A DNA stretch of 64,000 bases from Candidatus Altiarchaeota archaeon (GCA_038891095.1 JAWAEV010000002.1:32001-96000); one strand, 5' to 3'. Positions 9,756 through 20,396 are shown, numbered from the stretch's first letter. Numbers and translations: made by a program. The notes: generated by a model not told the origin, from the sequence alone.

Positions 9756-10253
9756 ATGGAATGTGAAACTTGTGGAAGGTATATAGAGCGTGGCAAGAAA
9801 GTAAAGCTTGAAGGTTCTATTGTTATTACCTGTGATGAATGCGCAGCTTATGGTGAAGTTATAGATGAAGTAACAATACAAAAAAAGGATAAAGCTCAGA
9901 GAGATGAAAAAAAAGTAAATGAGTTATTTGATATAGAATTTTCTGATGAAGAAAGGCTTATTGAAAATTTTGGAAATATTATAAAGAATGCAAGAGAGAA
10001 AGCAAACATGAAACAAGAAGATTTAGCAAAAAAAATTAACCAGCCAAAGTCTTTAATTCAAAGAATTGAAACAGGTAAGTTCAAACCATCTGTTGGACTT
10101 GCAAAAAAATTAGAAAAAATTCTTAATGTTAAACTTGTTGAAAATTCTGAAGAGGAAAAAGAAAATAAGATGGTAAAAACATTATCAACTGTGGAGAAAA
10201 GTAAAGATATAACTCTTGGTGATTTAGTAGTCATAAGAAAAAAAGAAAAATGA
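9756..10253 (+). CDS. mbf1: Multiprotein bridging factor aMBF1 (Zn-ribbon + HTH)
   Basis: MECETCG..TCDECA, cro-like HTH, ITLGDLV; start moved from 9702 (inside tRNA) to ATG 9756. Confidence 0.92.
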   Translation: MECETCGRYIERGKKVKLEGSIVITCDECAAYGEVIDEVTIQKKDKAQRDEKKVNELFDIEFSDEERLIENFGNIIKNAREKANMKQEDLAKKINQPKSLIQRIETGKFKPSVGLAKKLEKILNVKLVENSEEEKENKMVKTLSTVEKSKDITLGDLVVIRKKEK

Positions 10254-11683
10254 ATCTACATGTTCTTTTACTAATTTTTTTTGCAGTTGGAACATTTCTT
10301 CTTTCAAAAACAAAATTTGAGAGACACGCTATAATTTTTCTTATAAGAACAAAATATTTCCTTAAGTTTATAGAAGGTACAGCCAATATATCAAAAAAAT
10401 TTTGGAAATTTTTTGCAGACTTAGCAATAATTTTTTCTTTTTCTGCTCTAGGAGTAAAATATATATCAAAATATAACAACTGCAAGGTCGCTATGTCAAT
10501 TCTTACAACTGGAATAATCTTTTCCTTATTTTTCTCAAAAACAATAATGACTTTTTTAATTCTTATTTTTTTGTTTGCAATACTCTCAAAATCTTTAGAG
10601 AATGTTAAGAGTGAGAATGTCAATTTCTTTGTTTTCTCAGTATTGCTATCATTTATATGGTTCAAAATTTTAAGTGGTATACTTTTAAATTTTCCTGATT
10701 TTTCTGTTTTAGTTATAACTTCAATTATTGCTGGAACTTTTGGAATTCCTGCGTTGGTTGTGATAAGCTTTATACACCAAGGTTATTTGATAATTTTTGA
10801 AAATTTGAACACACCAGGAATTTCACCATTTATACCTTCTGTTGAAAAGGGTGAAATTGTCCTCTCAGCTCCAGGAACTGGATTTTCAATTCCAATTCTA
10901 TATGCTCTATTTGCTATAACAATAGCTATATTCTCCCATGAGTTTGCACATGGTATTCTTGCTTGTGCAAATAGAATAAAATTAAAATCAACAGGAATTG
11001 CAACTCTTGGAATTTTACCAATAGGCGCATTTGTTGAGCCAGATGAGGATGAAATGAATAAAAAAGACACTTTAACAAGATCAAGAATTTTTGCAGTTGG
11101 CTCATTTTCAAATTTTCTTGTTGCAGTAGTTTTCCTCTTTATATGGTATTATTCACCAATTTTATTTTCATCTTTTAGTGATGGTGTTATTATAACTGGA
11201 ACACAGCCTGGTTATAGCGCATATGAAAAAATAAAGACAAATACTATTGTCTATGAAATAAATTCTATAAGAGTCAGAAATATTGCAGAATTTCAAAATG
11301 AAATGTCAAAGCTAAAGCCTATGGATGAGTTAATACTAAAAACAAACTATGGTGAAATTTCCTTAATTGCAAGTGGAAATCCAAAAAATCCAAATAGTGC
11401 ATATCTTGGAGTTATGCTGATCCCACATATACCTGAATTCCTCTCCGAAACTTTATTTTGGACTTTTTTCATTAATTTTAGCATCGCTCTTGTAAATCTT
11501 TTGCCTTTAATACCGCTCGATGGAGGAAGAATTTTCAAGGAATTTATTTTTAGCTTTAAGATAAGTAAAAAAATGCAGGAAAGAATTTTTTATAGTGTCG
11601 CTACATTAACACTATTTCTTATTTTTGTGAATATACTACCACTTTTTAGAATGACTATCAATTTTATCTCAGGCTTATTCTAA
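10250..11683 (+). CDS. Site-2 protease (M50) with PDZ domain
   Basis: HEFAH, GAFVEPD, NLLPLIPLDGG; multiple TMs. Confidence 0.93.
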   Translation: MNLHVLLLIFFAVGTFLLSKTKFERHAIIFLIRTKYFLKFIEGTANISKKFWKFFADLAIIFSFSALGVKYISKYNNCKVAMSILTTGIIFSLFFSKTIMTFLILIFLFAILSKSLENVKSENVNFFVFSVLLSFIWFKILSGILLNFPDFSVLVITSIIAGTFGIPALVVISFIHQGYLIIFENLNTPGISPFIPSVEKGEIVLSAPGTGFSIPILYALFAITIAIFSHEFAHGILACANRIKLKSTGIATLGILPIGAFVEPDEDEMNKKDTLTRSRIFAVGSFSNFLVAVVFLFIWYYSPILFSSFSDGVIITGTQPGYSAYEKIKTNTIVYEINSIRVRNIAEFQNEMSKLKPMDELILKTNYGEISLIASGNPKNPNSAYLGVMLIPHIPEFLSETLFWTFFINFSIALVNLLPLIPLDGGRIFKEFIFSFKISKKMQERIFYSVATLTLFLIFVNILPLFRMTINFISGLF

Positions 11684-13327
11684 TTTTTTTCCCATATAAA
11701 CCCCACATCTCCTATAGAAAAATTTTCTATAGTAATTTCTTGCTCCTATACCAGAAGTTACAAGAATTTTTTTCATGTCAAATTCCTCAGATGAGATTTT
11801 TTCTGCTTCTTCAAGGAGTTCTCTCCCATAGCCGCGATGTTGCCATTCCTCCTTTGGTTTTTCACCAATTTCGAGCATTGGACCATAAATATGTAACTCT
11901 CTGACCAATGCTGTATTCTTTTTAATTTCACTTCTGAAAGGTTTCCATGGAATTCTCAACCTAAGAAAGCCAATTAAAATATCTTGCTTTACATCTTCAA
12001 AAGAAAGAAAAATCTCGTTCCCATTACTTGCCTCATAATCCCTTCTGACTATCTCTATATCCTCCTCTTTTGGAAAAATTCCTCTTTTTATAGCATATCC
12101 AACTTCTCTGCATCTAATACAAGAGCATTTTATCTTTCTTTTTTCCATTTCCCTATAAACAATTTGCCCAAGATTACTTGCTTTAACTCCTGCTTCAATT
12201 AGCTGTGAAGGTATATCTCTTTGAATTCTCATTGTCCTTACCCATGGTGGCATAATCTTCTTAATTTCTAAAATTTCTTCCACAGCGTCATGAGTTTCTA
12301 AAGGTTTAAATTTTTTTGATTTCCACATTTCATAATACTCAGTGCCTTTCAAAATCAAGCAAGGATATATCTTTACCATATCTGGCTTAAATCTCTGATC
12401 AGAAAAAATTAAATTAAAAGCTTCAAGGTCTTTTTCAAAGTTTTTTCCAATCAATCCAGGCATCATGTGATAGCAAACTTTCAATCCAGAGTCTTTCAAT
12501 TGTTGTGTTGCTTCAACCACATCATTTAATGTATGGCCTCTATTAACTTTTTTATAAACTGAATCAAAAGGTAGTTGAACTCCAATTTCAACTCTTGTAA
12601 CACCAAATTTAAGCATTTGGTTTATTTGCTCTTTTTTTGCATAATCTGGCCTAGGTTCAAATGTCATACCAACACAGCGAACATATGAATTTTCATTTTC
12701 TTTTTGAATTTTCTCTAATGGAATCTTAACCTTTTTTTCTTTCTTAAAATTCTCAATGAATTTCTCACTTCCAAATTTTTTTATTTTTTTATTATTCTCT
12801 GGAAAATCATTCATAGCTCTTAAACATTCACTGACGAAATATTTTTGGTAGCTTAAAGGTTGTGCTGTTAATGTGCCTCCCATAACAATCAATTCAACTT
12901 TATCTATAGGGTGTCCAATCTCCTTCAATTGATGCAAACGAAATGTCACTTGCAAGTAAGGATCAAAAGAATAGCTTAACGCTCTAAGTGTTGCTGGTTC
13001 TTTGCCAGTATAACTTTGAGGTGCACCAATTTCTGGACCTCCAGGACAATAAGCGCATTTGCCATGAGGACATTTTGAAGGTTTTGTCATTACAGCGACA
13101 ATTGCAACTCCAGAAATTGTTCTTGATGGTTTCTTCTGTAGAATTTTTAAAATTTTTTCTCGTTCATTTTCATTTTTTGCATTTTTCAGAATATCTGAAT
13201 TCTTAATGAACACTGGAAGATGAAACTTTTCTGATAATTTCTTTTTCTCTAAATCAACTTGCTCTTTTGTTTTTATCTCACCACTAAGAATTTTCCTTAT
13301 TATTTCACGAGAAATTTTTTTTAGCAT
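11675..13327 (-). CDS. elp3: Elp3 tRNA U34 carboxymethyltransferase (radical SAM + GNAT)
   Basis: CPHGKCAYCPGG, QSYTGKEPA, RELHIYG, QHRGYG. Confidence 0.96.
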   Translation of the reverse strand: MLKKISREIIRKILSGEIKTKEQVDLEKKKLSEKFHLPVFIKNSDILKNAKNENEREKILKILQKKPSRTISGVAIVAVMTKPSKCPHGKCAYCPGGPEIGAPQSYTGKEPATLRALSYSFDPYLQVTFRLHQLKEIGHPIDKVELIVMGGTLTAQPLSYQKYFVSECLRAMNDFPENNKKIKKFGSEKFIENFKKEKKVKIPLEKIQKENENSYVRCVGMTFEPRPDYAKKEQINQMLKFGVTRVEIGVQLPFDSVYKKVNRGHTLNDVVEATQQLKDSGLKVCYHMMPGLIGKNFEKDLEAFNLIFSDQRFKPDMVKIYPCLILKGTEYYEMWKSKKFKPLETHDAVEEILEIKKIMPPWVRTMRIQRDIPSQLIEAGVKASNLGQIVYREMEKRKIKCSCIRCREVGYAIKRGIFPKEEDIEIVRRDYEASNGNEIFLSFEDVKQDILIGFLRLRIPWKPFRSEIKKNTALVRELHIYGPMLEIGEKPKEEWQHRGYGRELLEEAEKISSEEFDMKKILVTSGIGARNYYRKFFYRRCGVYMGKKLE

Positions 13328-14309
13328 TTTTTTTGATTTCAGCGTATTTTTTTCTATAAAACTTCAAAGGATGCTTTGCTTTACAATCTTCAGGACATAG
13401 GCCATATGCTTTTATTTTATCGCATCCAGGGCAATTGTATTTTACTGAAGATTTCTCACCTGAGAGAAATTCAACTTGATAGCGAGTTTTTTCTTCACTA
13501 AATTTTGGAAACGCTGAAAATATTTTTATTATCCTTTCCTTTTCTAAACCTAAATTTATGAAAAATGTCGCAAGGATGAACATCCCGTTATGAGAAATTT
13601 CTCCAGAGGAAAGTGCTTTTAGCATTTGTTTTATGCAGTTAGGAAGTGCATCCTCTTGGATTTCTTTGAAAGAGATTCTTTGCTTTGCTGTAAAAAGAGA
13701 GTTTAAATTTTTTGCAATTTCAGAAAATTCTTTTGGGATTTGAGAAAGCATTGAAGGTTCAATTGGTTCTATTATTTTTTCCCTTATAGCTTCTCTTATA
13801 AGCAAGAGTTTTTCATTTTCATAAATTTTTACTTTTCCTCTGAAAATTTCCCTATTAGCTAATTTCCACTTTGAATCCTTCTTTGATAAGTTCCTTGTGA
13901 GTTTTAAATATTCTTGAAATGGCATTTCTCCATCTAAAAATCTAATATTTAGATCATTTGCAATTAATTCTATTGTTTTTTCATTTTCTCTACTTAGAAA
14001 CTCAAAAATTTGCTGTGTTTCAGCTTCAGCATACTTCTCAACAATCATTTTATTTTTTGTTGCATGTACTAAAATTCTTGCAACTGCGAAACTTAAAATT
14101 GAAAATTCAGCTGAGATTTTATCTTCAAAATTTAAGCTTAAGGTTGAATTTAATGCGTCAATAACTCTTTGTCTGCCATGTTCTAATGCTATGGAATAAA
14201 TTGGATGTTCCTTAAGAGTTTTAAAATTTAAATTAAGTTCTCCTACATACTTTTTTGCATCCTCCAAGAAAGGATATTTCGCTAAAAATTGAATTCTATT
14301 TAAATCCAT
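13305..14309 (-). CDS. priL: DNA primase large subunit
   Basis: AKYPFL, PNCI, TRYQVE, YNCPGCDKI..GLC..C..HPL (Fe-S ligands). Confidence 0.9.
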   Translation of the reverse strand: MDLNRIQFLAKYPFLEDAKKYVGELNLNFKTLKEHPIYSIALEHGRQRVIDALNSTLSLNFEDKISAEFSILSFAVARILVHATKNKMIVEKYAEAETQQIFEFLSRENEKTIELIANDLNIRFLDGEMPFQEYLKLTRNLSKKDSKWKLANREIFRGKVKIYENEKLLLIREAIREKIIEPIEPSMLSQIPKEFSEIAKNLNSLFTAKQRISFKEIQEDALPNCIKQMLKALSSGEISHNGMFILATFFINLGLEKERIIKIFSAFPKFSEEKTRYQVEFLSGEKSSVKYNCPGCDKIKAYGLCPEDCKAKHPLKFYRKKYAEIKKNAKKNFS

Positions 14310-16213
14310 TTTATTAATAAAGGTAAAATTTTTGCTGCAATACTACCTAAGAGAACTGAGAAAATTATACTAAAAATCACTATCTTAACAGTTGTTTTAT
14401 ACCTAAATTCTTTAACTAATGTTGCAATTGTTGCAGCACAGGGCAAGTAATACATTGAGACTAATGCTAATGTTAGCATTTGTACCGGAGTAAAAATATC
14501 TGCAAGATTTGTTGTGTTATAATAGAGTGAAGGCATAATTAAAATTAATTCTTTTCTTACTATCCCAAAAATAAAGAAAATTCCTGATTCTGTAGGAAGA
14601 TTTAACAAGTTTACTGTTATCGGAGCTAAAATTTTTCCTATTAATCCAAGAATTCCAAAAATTTTTAAAATTACTAAAGCTAAACCGCCAAAAATGTAAT
14701 ACGGAAATACTATGAATATTATTGACTTTATTCTATGCCATGTTTGTATCACAATTGTTTTGATTGATGGCATTCTATAAGGTGGCATTTCCATTATTAG
14801 TTCTGTTGCTTCTCCAGGTAGTAGCCTAAATAAAACCCTGCTGAGAAGCATTATAATAGCTAAATTTAAGATATAGAAAAAAATTGTCCATTTCATTCCA
14901 AGATACGCTCCAACAAGTGCAAAAATTACAACACTTCTTGCAGTACAAGGAATCAATGTTATTGCAAATGCAGAAATTAATCTATCTCTTTGTGTTTCTA
15001 AGATTCTACAAGAAAAAATTGCAGGAACGTTACAACCATAACCCATAATTATAGGTATAACTGCCTTTCCATGCAAACCAACCTTATGCATAATTCTATC
15101 AAGAAGAAAGGCAATTCTTGGTAAATAGCCCGAATCCTCTAATAAAGATAGGATTAAATAGAATGGCAAAACATATGGAATAACTAAAGTTAGGCCAGCA
15201 ACAAAACCACCAACAATAGCCTCCCATATCAAAGGTTCTTTTAAATCCTCTGGTTTTAACTCTGAAAAAAAATTGCTAATTACTCCTGAAAGAAAATTAC
15301 CAAATGTAAATATTGAATAAAAAATAGAAAAGAAAATAAAGAGCATAATTATATAACCAAAAAACCAATGTGTTGTTAATCTTTCTAAATTCTCCGAAAG
15401 AACTTGTTTTCTAAATTTATAAGTTTTTTGGCATTTTCTTGCAAATTTGTTTGCTATTGCATATCTTTCAGATACTATAACTACTGAGGATTTCTCACCA
15501 TAAATTCTCTCTATTTCTTTTGAACATCCTCTTACATTTTTTATTATCTTTCCATCAATTTTCCCTATTAATTCAGTTATTTTTTCATCTTCTTCAAGAA
15601 GTTTTATAGCAACAAATCTTAAAGGATAAGGTATTTCATTTTCATATTTTTTTAGTAATGAAATAATTTTTTCTATTCTCTTTTCTATTTCATTACCATA
15701 TTTTATAGCAGTAGGTTTTTTATCAATCGAATTTAATGCTTTCTCTAATGTTTCATATATCCCTAAGCCCTCTGTTGCTATTGTGGGAACAACATCAATG
15801 TTTAGCAATTCTTGTAATTTTTTATAGTCTATGTGAACTCCTCTTTTTTTTGCAATGTCAATTTGGTTTAAAGCTATCACAATTGGCCTTTCCAATTCAA
15901 TAAGTTGAATTGTAAAAAATAGATTTCTCTCTAAGGTTGAAGCATCAATAATATTTATAATAACATCTGGTTTTTCCATTAGTATATAATCTCTTGCTAT
16001 CAACTCCTCTATAGAAAAAGTTGAAAAGGAGTATATCCCTGGAAGGTCAATTACATCTATTACATAATCTTTGAATGTTAATGTACCCTCTGCTTTCTCT
16101 ACAGTTTTACCAGGCCAATTTCCAATATGTTGATGTAGCCCAGTGAGATAATTAAAGAAGACTGATTTTCCAACATTTGCATTTCCAGATAGTGCAATCT
16201 TTATCTTTTTCAT
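14300..16213 (-). CDS. feoB: Ferrous iron transporter FeoB
   Basis: GNANVGKS, GNWPGKTVE, DLPG, GYGCNVPA, ELIMEMPPY. Confidence 0.97.
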   Translation of the reverse strand: MKKIKIALSGNANVGKSVFFNYLTGLHQHIGNWPGKTVEKAEGTLTFKDYVIDVIDLPGIYSFSTFSIEELIARDYILMEKPDVIINIIDASTLERNLFFTIQLIELERPIVIALNQIDIAKKRGVHIDYKKLQELLNIDVVPTIATEGLGIYETLEKALNSIDKKPTAIKYGNEIEKRIEKIISLLKKYENEIPYPLRFVAIKLLEEDEKITELIGKIDGKIIKNVRGCSKEIERIYGEKSSVVIVSERYAIANKFARKCQKTYKFRKQVLSENLERLTTHWFFGYIIMLFIFFSIFYSIFTFGNFLSGVISNFFSELKPEDLKEPLIWEAIVGGFVAGLTLVIPYVLPFYLILSLLEDSGYLPRIAFLLDRIMHKVGLHGKAVIPIIMGYGCNVPAIFSCRILETQRDRLISAFAITLIPCTARSVVIFALVGAYLGMKWTIFFYILNLAIIMLLSRVLFRLLPGEATELIMEMPPYRMPSIKTIVIQTWHRIKSIIFIVFPYYIFGGLALVILKIFGILGLIGKILAPITVNLLNLPTESGIFFIFGIVRKELILIMPSLYYNTTNLADIFTPVQMLTLALVSMYYLPCAATIATLVKEFRYKTTVKIVIFSIIFSVLLGSIAAKILPLLIKWI

Positions 16214-16845
16214 TATTCTTTTTCAACAAATATTTTACTTGCTAGTCCTCTACCAATTGACAATTTTGAGCCCCTAACAGAAATTTCAATTGGGCAATTT
16301 AAGTGAGAGTTTATAACAGTTATTTTTGTATTTAGAGTGAGTCCCATATCCATCAATCTCATAGTTGCTTTTTTCCCAGCATTAATTTCAATAATTCTCC
16401 CTTTTTCACCTGATTTTAGATTTATTAGTGGTATTACCTCAACATTTTTACTTCTTGGGATTTCCATTCCAGTAGGTGACTTTTTAGGATAACCAATACT
16501 CTTATCAATCGCTTTTTCAACATCATCAGAAATTGCATGTTCTAGCTTACAGGCCTCTCTATGCAGTGTTTTTCTACTTAAGCCAATTATATCTAAAAAT
16601 TTTTCTAGTATCCTATGTCTCCTAACTATTTTCTCCCCAAGAAGTTTACCTTTATTAGTTAGAGAAATAGTGCTATATGGTTCATGTTTTATGTAACCTT
16701 CTTTATTCAAGCGCTGTAGCATTTCAGTTACACTTGCTGGCGATACATTTAGTAGTTTTGAAATATTAGTTGTTGTAATTTTTTCTCCCTTCTCCGTTAA
16801 TCTATAAATTGCTTCCAGATACTCCTCAGTGCTCTCCGTTGTCAT
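16213..16845 (-). CDS. DtxR/IdeR metal-dependent repressor with C-terminal FeoA domain
   Basis: EEYLEAIY, SPASVTEM, RRHRILE, ACKLEH, FeoA RLMDMGL..IGRGLA; ATG 16845 preferred. Confidence 0.93.
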   Translation of the reverse strand: MTTESTEEYLEAIYRLTEKGEKITTTNISKLLNVSPASVTEMLQRLNKEGYIKHEPYSTISLTNKGKLLGEKIVRRHRILEKFLDIIGLSRKTLHREACKLEHAISDDVEKAIDKSIGYPKKSPTGMEIPRSKNVEVIPLINLKSGEKGRIIEINAGKKATMRLMDMGLTLNTKITVINSHLNCPIEISVRGSKLSIGRGLASKIFVEKE

Positions 16846-16856
16846 ATCCAATAGAA

Positions 16857-16872
16857 TTTAGGATATCCTAAA
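16857..16872. promoter_or_regulatory. Putative DtxR-family operator
   Basis: Perfect palindrome TTTAGGATATCCTAAA just upstream of dtxR-feoB; TTAGG..CCTAA half-sites. Confidence 0.8.
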
Positions 16873-16935
16873 ATAGTATAATTTATGGTAATCTATGTAT
16901 AAATATAGCAAGAAGGTAATATTCTATAAAGAAAA

Positions 16936-17556
16936 ATGCTATGCTACAGATGTGGTAAAGAAACAAAAAAAAGCTTATGCGAAGAATGTTTTCTTGAGCT
17001 AAATCCAATAAAGCTAAAAGAAATTAAGTTAATTGCTTGTGATTGTGGCAGATATAAACAAAAAAATATTTGGAAAGAAAATAAAATTAATTCTGTAATA
17101 AACAAAGTTGTTTTAGAGAATTTAATTTTACCTAAGGGTGCTTCAATTAAAAAATTATTTGTAGATGTCATAAAAACCGAGAGAAATAAAATTATTTTTG
17201 AGGTTAAAGCAAGTGTAAAATTCAATGAAAAAGAAATTTTAAATTTCTTTACTGGCGAAATAAAACTGGATAAGCAGCTGTGCAATACTTGCAGGAAGCT
17301 CAAAAGTTATGAAGCTATTCTACAATTTCGTGGGTTTGAGCCAAATATTAAAGAGATAGATACTAATTTAATTTCAAAAATTGAAAAAACGAATTATGGC
17401 TTAGATATCTACATTATAAATAAAGGATATGCAAGAAAAATTGCAAAAAAATTTAAAAAAATTGGTTATGATACTAAGGAATCACAAAAGTTATTTGGCA
17501 TAGATGAAAGTGGCAGAAGAAAATCAAGAATAACAATCTCTATAAGAAAAAAATGA
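16936..17556 (+). CDS. nmd3: NMD3-family protein (short form)
   Basis: CYRCG..LCEECF, CDCG, LCNTC..YEAILQFRG, SQKLFG. Confidence 0.8.
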   Translation: MLCYRCGKETKKSLCEECFLELNPIKLKEIKLIACDCGRYKQKNIWKENKINSVINKVVLENLILPKGASIKKLFVDVIKTERNKIIFEVKASVKFNEKEILNFFTGEIKLDKQLCNTCRKLKSYEAILQFRGFEPNIKEIDTNLISKIEKTNYGLDIYIINKGYARKIAKKFKKIGYDTKESQKLFGIDESGRRKSRITISIRKK

Positions 17557-18092
17557 TATCCATTGTTTATGATGTTGATATTTATAGAAAAATTTTAAGA
17601 GAAAGAGTTAATGAGGGGGATATTGTTATAGAAATAGGTCCACATATTGGTAAAAGTACCTCTTGCTATGAAAGGAAAGTAAAGCTTGGAATCCTTGTTG
17701 ATAAAAGCATTGAATCAGAAAAAGGTTTGCAGTCATTGCTAAAGAAAAATAAAAATTTGAAATTCATAAAAGGTGATGCAAGGTCGTTTAAAACAGTAAA
17801 AAAAGTTATGGAATTAACTAATAGCTGCAATTTCTTAGCTTTAGATGTTGGTGGTGGTAGATATCCCGATACTGTTTTTAAAATATGGGCGATTTGGAGT
17901 GGTGTTTTCAAACCAAAAAATTCAGTTATAAGAAATAGAGGTCTTGCAGAATTTGTTCAGAAATTAAAAATAGAGGATAAATCATTAAAAAGAAAATTTA
18001 GAGATGATGGTTGGCTTTCAGAATATGGAAGAGCAATTCCTTCAGCATTAAAAAAACAATTAGATGAATTTAAATTTTGGGTTAATATTTAA
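17553..18092 (+). CDS. Class I SAM-dependent methyltransferase-like protein
   Basis: VIEIGPHIGKST, LVDKS, FIKGDA, LDVGGG. Confidence 0.75.
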   Translation: MISIVYDVDIYRKILRERVNEGDIVIEIGPHIGKSTSCYERKVKLGILVDKSIESEKGLQSLLKKNKNLKFIKGDARSFKTVKKVMELTNSCNFLALDVGGGRYPDTVFKIWAIWSGVFKPKNSVIRNRGLAEFVQKLKIEDKSLKRKFRDDGWLSEYGRAIPSALKKQLDEFKFWVNI

Positions 18093-18648
18093 ATTTTTCT
18101 ATAAAAAGACTTGTTGATTATAAATTCGAGAATGTTTTAATTTATATTTTCTATCTTACTCGTCCTCAAAAATTTAGCAATAGTATTCTTGGAGGCATTC
18201 TAAATCTTCCCCATTTCTTTACTTCTCCAGGAATGAAATGTAAGCTATGGCGCAAAGTAGAGAAATTTTTATTTGATTTAGAAGAACTACTGGAGAAACA
18301 GTCCCTTTTTGATCTTAGTGTGAAAATAAATTAAAATAAACCCCTATTGTTTTATCAGATTTTTATAGCAATATAAAGTATGCTCCATGGTAGTATAGAA
18401 AAAATTGTTAAGTGAGTTGATTAATCATGGATTAACCTAAAACTGAATTAGGTGAAATCCTCTACAGTTTGGTTTTTTATGTATCTCAACAATCGATTAA
18501 CTAAGGTTAGTCTTTTTTATGAAGCAAGTTGAGTGAGATAAAAATAGTGAATTTATTTCTGATTTTAGTATTCTAATTACTAAAGAACATTACTTTAAAG
18601 TAGGGTGAGTAATTTATAACTTTAATTAAAATAAAAAATAAAATTAAT

Positions 18649-19737
18649 ATGCCGACTCTTGAAGAAAAAATTAAAGAAATTGAAGAAGAAATCAAAAGAA
18701 CGCCATATAACAAGGCATCACAGCACCATATCGGAAAATTAAAAGCAAAATTAGCTAAGCTAAGAGAAGCACTTGAAAAAGGCTCAGAAAAAGGAAAAAT
18801 TTCACATGGATTTAGTGTTAAGAAAGAGGGCGATGCAACTGTTGTTTTAGTAGGTTTACCTTCAGTTGGAAAATCCACTTTACTTAACAAATTAACAAAT
18901 GCTGAATCAAGGGTTGCAAGTTTTGATTTTACAACAATAGGTGTAATACCTGGAATAATGCATTATAATGGAGCAAAAATTCAAATTTTAGACATTCCAG
19001 GATTAATTTCAGGAGCATCAAAAGGTAGAGGTATGGGAAAGAAAATTCTTTCAGTTGCAAGAATTTCTGATTTAATTTTAATTTTAGTTGATGCATTACA
19101 AGCAGAAAAACAACTTTCAGTAATAGAGAAAGAACTTTATGGTGCTGGCATAAGAATAAATAAGAGAAAACCTGACATAACTATAAAGAGAACTTCCCAT
19201 GGCGGGATAACAATCTCAAAAATAAAAAATTCTAATCTTTCTGATGAAGAAATTAAAGGTGTTTTAAATGAGAATGGAATTTTTAATGCAGATGTCGTCA
19301 TAAGAGAAAAGGTAAACATAGATGATTTCATAGATGTTGTCATTGGAAATAGAGTTTATCTACCTGCGATAGTTGCTGTGAATAAAATTGACCTGCTAAA
19401 TGATAAAACTGATGAATTCTCTAAAAAAGGATTTATTCCAATTTCCTCACTTCAAGGTAAAAATCTAGAAAAATTAAAAGAGGAAATTTTTTTAAAATTA
19501 GAATTTATAAGAGTTTATATGAAACCTCCTGGAAAAAAAGCAGATATGGAACATCCTCTCATTATGAAAAAAGGTTCGACAGTTGCTGATATTTGCGACA
19601 GATTGCATAAAGAAATAAAAAATAAGTTTAGATATGCTTCAATCATAGGCACATCTGTAAAATTCAAAAATGAAAAAGTTGGACTTAAACATATCCTAAA
19701 TGATGGAGATATTGTGACAATATTCACACATTTATAG
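18649..19737 (+). CDS. drg: DRG/Rbg OBG-family GTPase with TGS domain
   Basis: TPYNKASQHHIG, GLPSVGKS, DFTT, DIPG, NKID. Confidence 0.95.
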   Translation: MPTLEEKIKEIEEEIKRTPYNKASQHHIGKLKAKLAKLREALEKGSEKGKISHGFSVKKEGDATVVLVGLPSVGKSTLLNKLTNAESRVASFDFTTIGVIPGIMHYNGAKIQILDIPGLISGASKGRGMGKKILSVARISDLILILVDALQAEKQLSVIEKELYGAGIRINKRKPDITIKRTSHGGITISKIKNSNLSDEEIKGVLNENGIFNADVVIREKVNIDDFIDVVIGNRVYLPAIVAVNKIDLLNDKTDEFSKKGFIPISSLQGKNLEKLKEEIFLKLEFIRVYMKPPGKKADMEHPLIMKKGSTVADICDRLHKEIKNKFRYASIIGTSVKFKNEKVGLKHILNDGDIVTIFTHL

Positions 19738-20151
19738 CTCTCTAATCTTTTCAATTATTTTACTTGTCGAATTTAGTTCTCCTGAAAAAAATTTTTTTAT
19801 CCTTATAACCTTTGCTTTCAAATTTCTTTTTTTTAATTCTTCTTCCAAAAAGGCCTCATCAATCTCTTGATTTTTACCTAAAACAATAATATCTGGCTTA
19901 ATCCTCTCTATCGGTTTAAAAATATCTTTTTCATCACCAAGAATTGCCATATCAACATATCTTATTGCTTTTATTATCTCTAAGCGCTGTTTTTCTGGAA
20001 TTATCAGGAAATCATTTTTTTTCTTTTTTACATTCTCATCTCTTGCAACTATAACAATCAGTTTATCACCTAACTTTTTCGCTTCTTTTAAAAATAGTAA
20101 ATGCCCAGGATGCAAAATTCCAAAAACACCAGTTGCTACAACTTTTTTCAT
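19732..20151 (-). CDS. ribL: FAD synthase (cytidylyltransferase family)
   Basis: ATGVFGILHPGH, IVARD, PDIIVLG, STSKII. Confidence 0.85.
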   Translation of the reverse strand: MKKVVATGVFGILHPGHLLFLKEAKKLGDKLIVIVARDENVKKKKNDFLIIPEKQRLEIIKAIRYVDMAILGDEKDIFKPIERIKPDIIVLGKNQEIDEAFLEEELKKRNLKAKVIRIKKFFSGELNSTSKIIEKIREL

Positions 20152-20396
20152 CTCTCAGAAGTCCTTCTCTTTATAACTTCATCAAGAATTTTAAGGAATT
20201 TTTCAGTTTTTTGTTCATCCAAATTTTCTTCACTTGTTTCTATTCTCAGATCATTTCCATCTGCGACAATGACTAATGATCTTATCACTGGATAGCCAAA
20301 AATTTCTTCAAGTTCTGCATTCGAATTTAAATCTTGAATAATTTTATCAAGTACATCAAGCCTTATCCTAACTCTCTCTTGGGTTTCATTTGTCAT
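20148..20396 (-). CDS. Hypothetical protein
   Basis: 82-aa ORF overlapping ribL start (ATGA coupling). Confidence 0.7.
   Translation of the reverse strand: MTNETQERVRIRLDVLDKIIQDLNSNAELEEIFGYPVIRSLVIVADGNDLRIETSEENLDEQKTEKFLKILDEVIKRRTSER

Noticed and set aside
9654-9881. 75-aa minus ORF and the N-terminal extension of mbf1
   Set aside because: They overlap the tRNA-Trp 3' exon; GFEP-type translation is a known tRNA artefact
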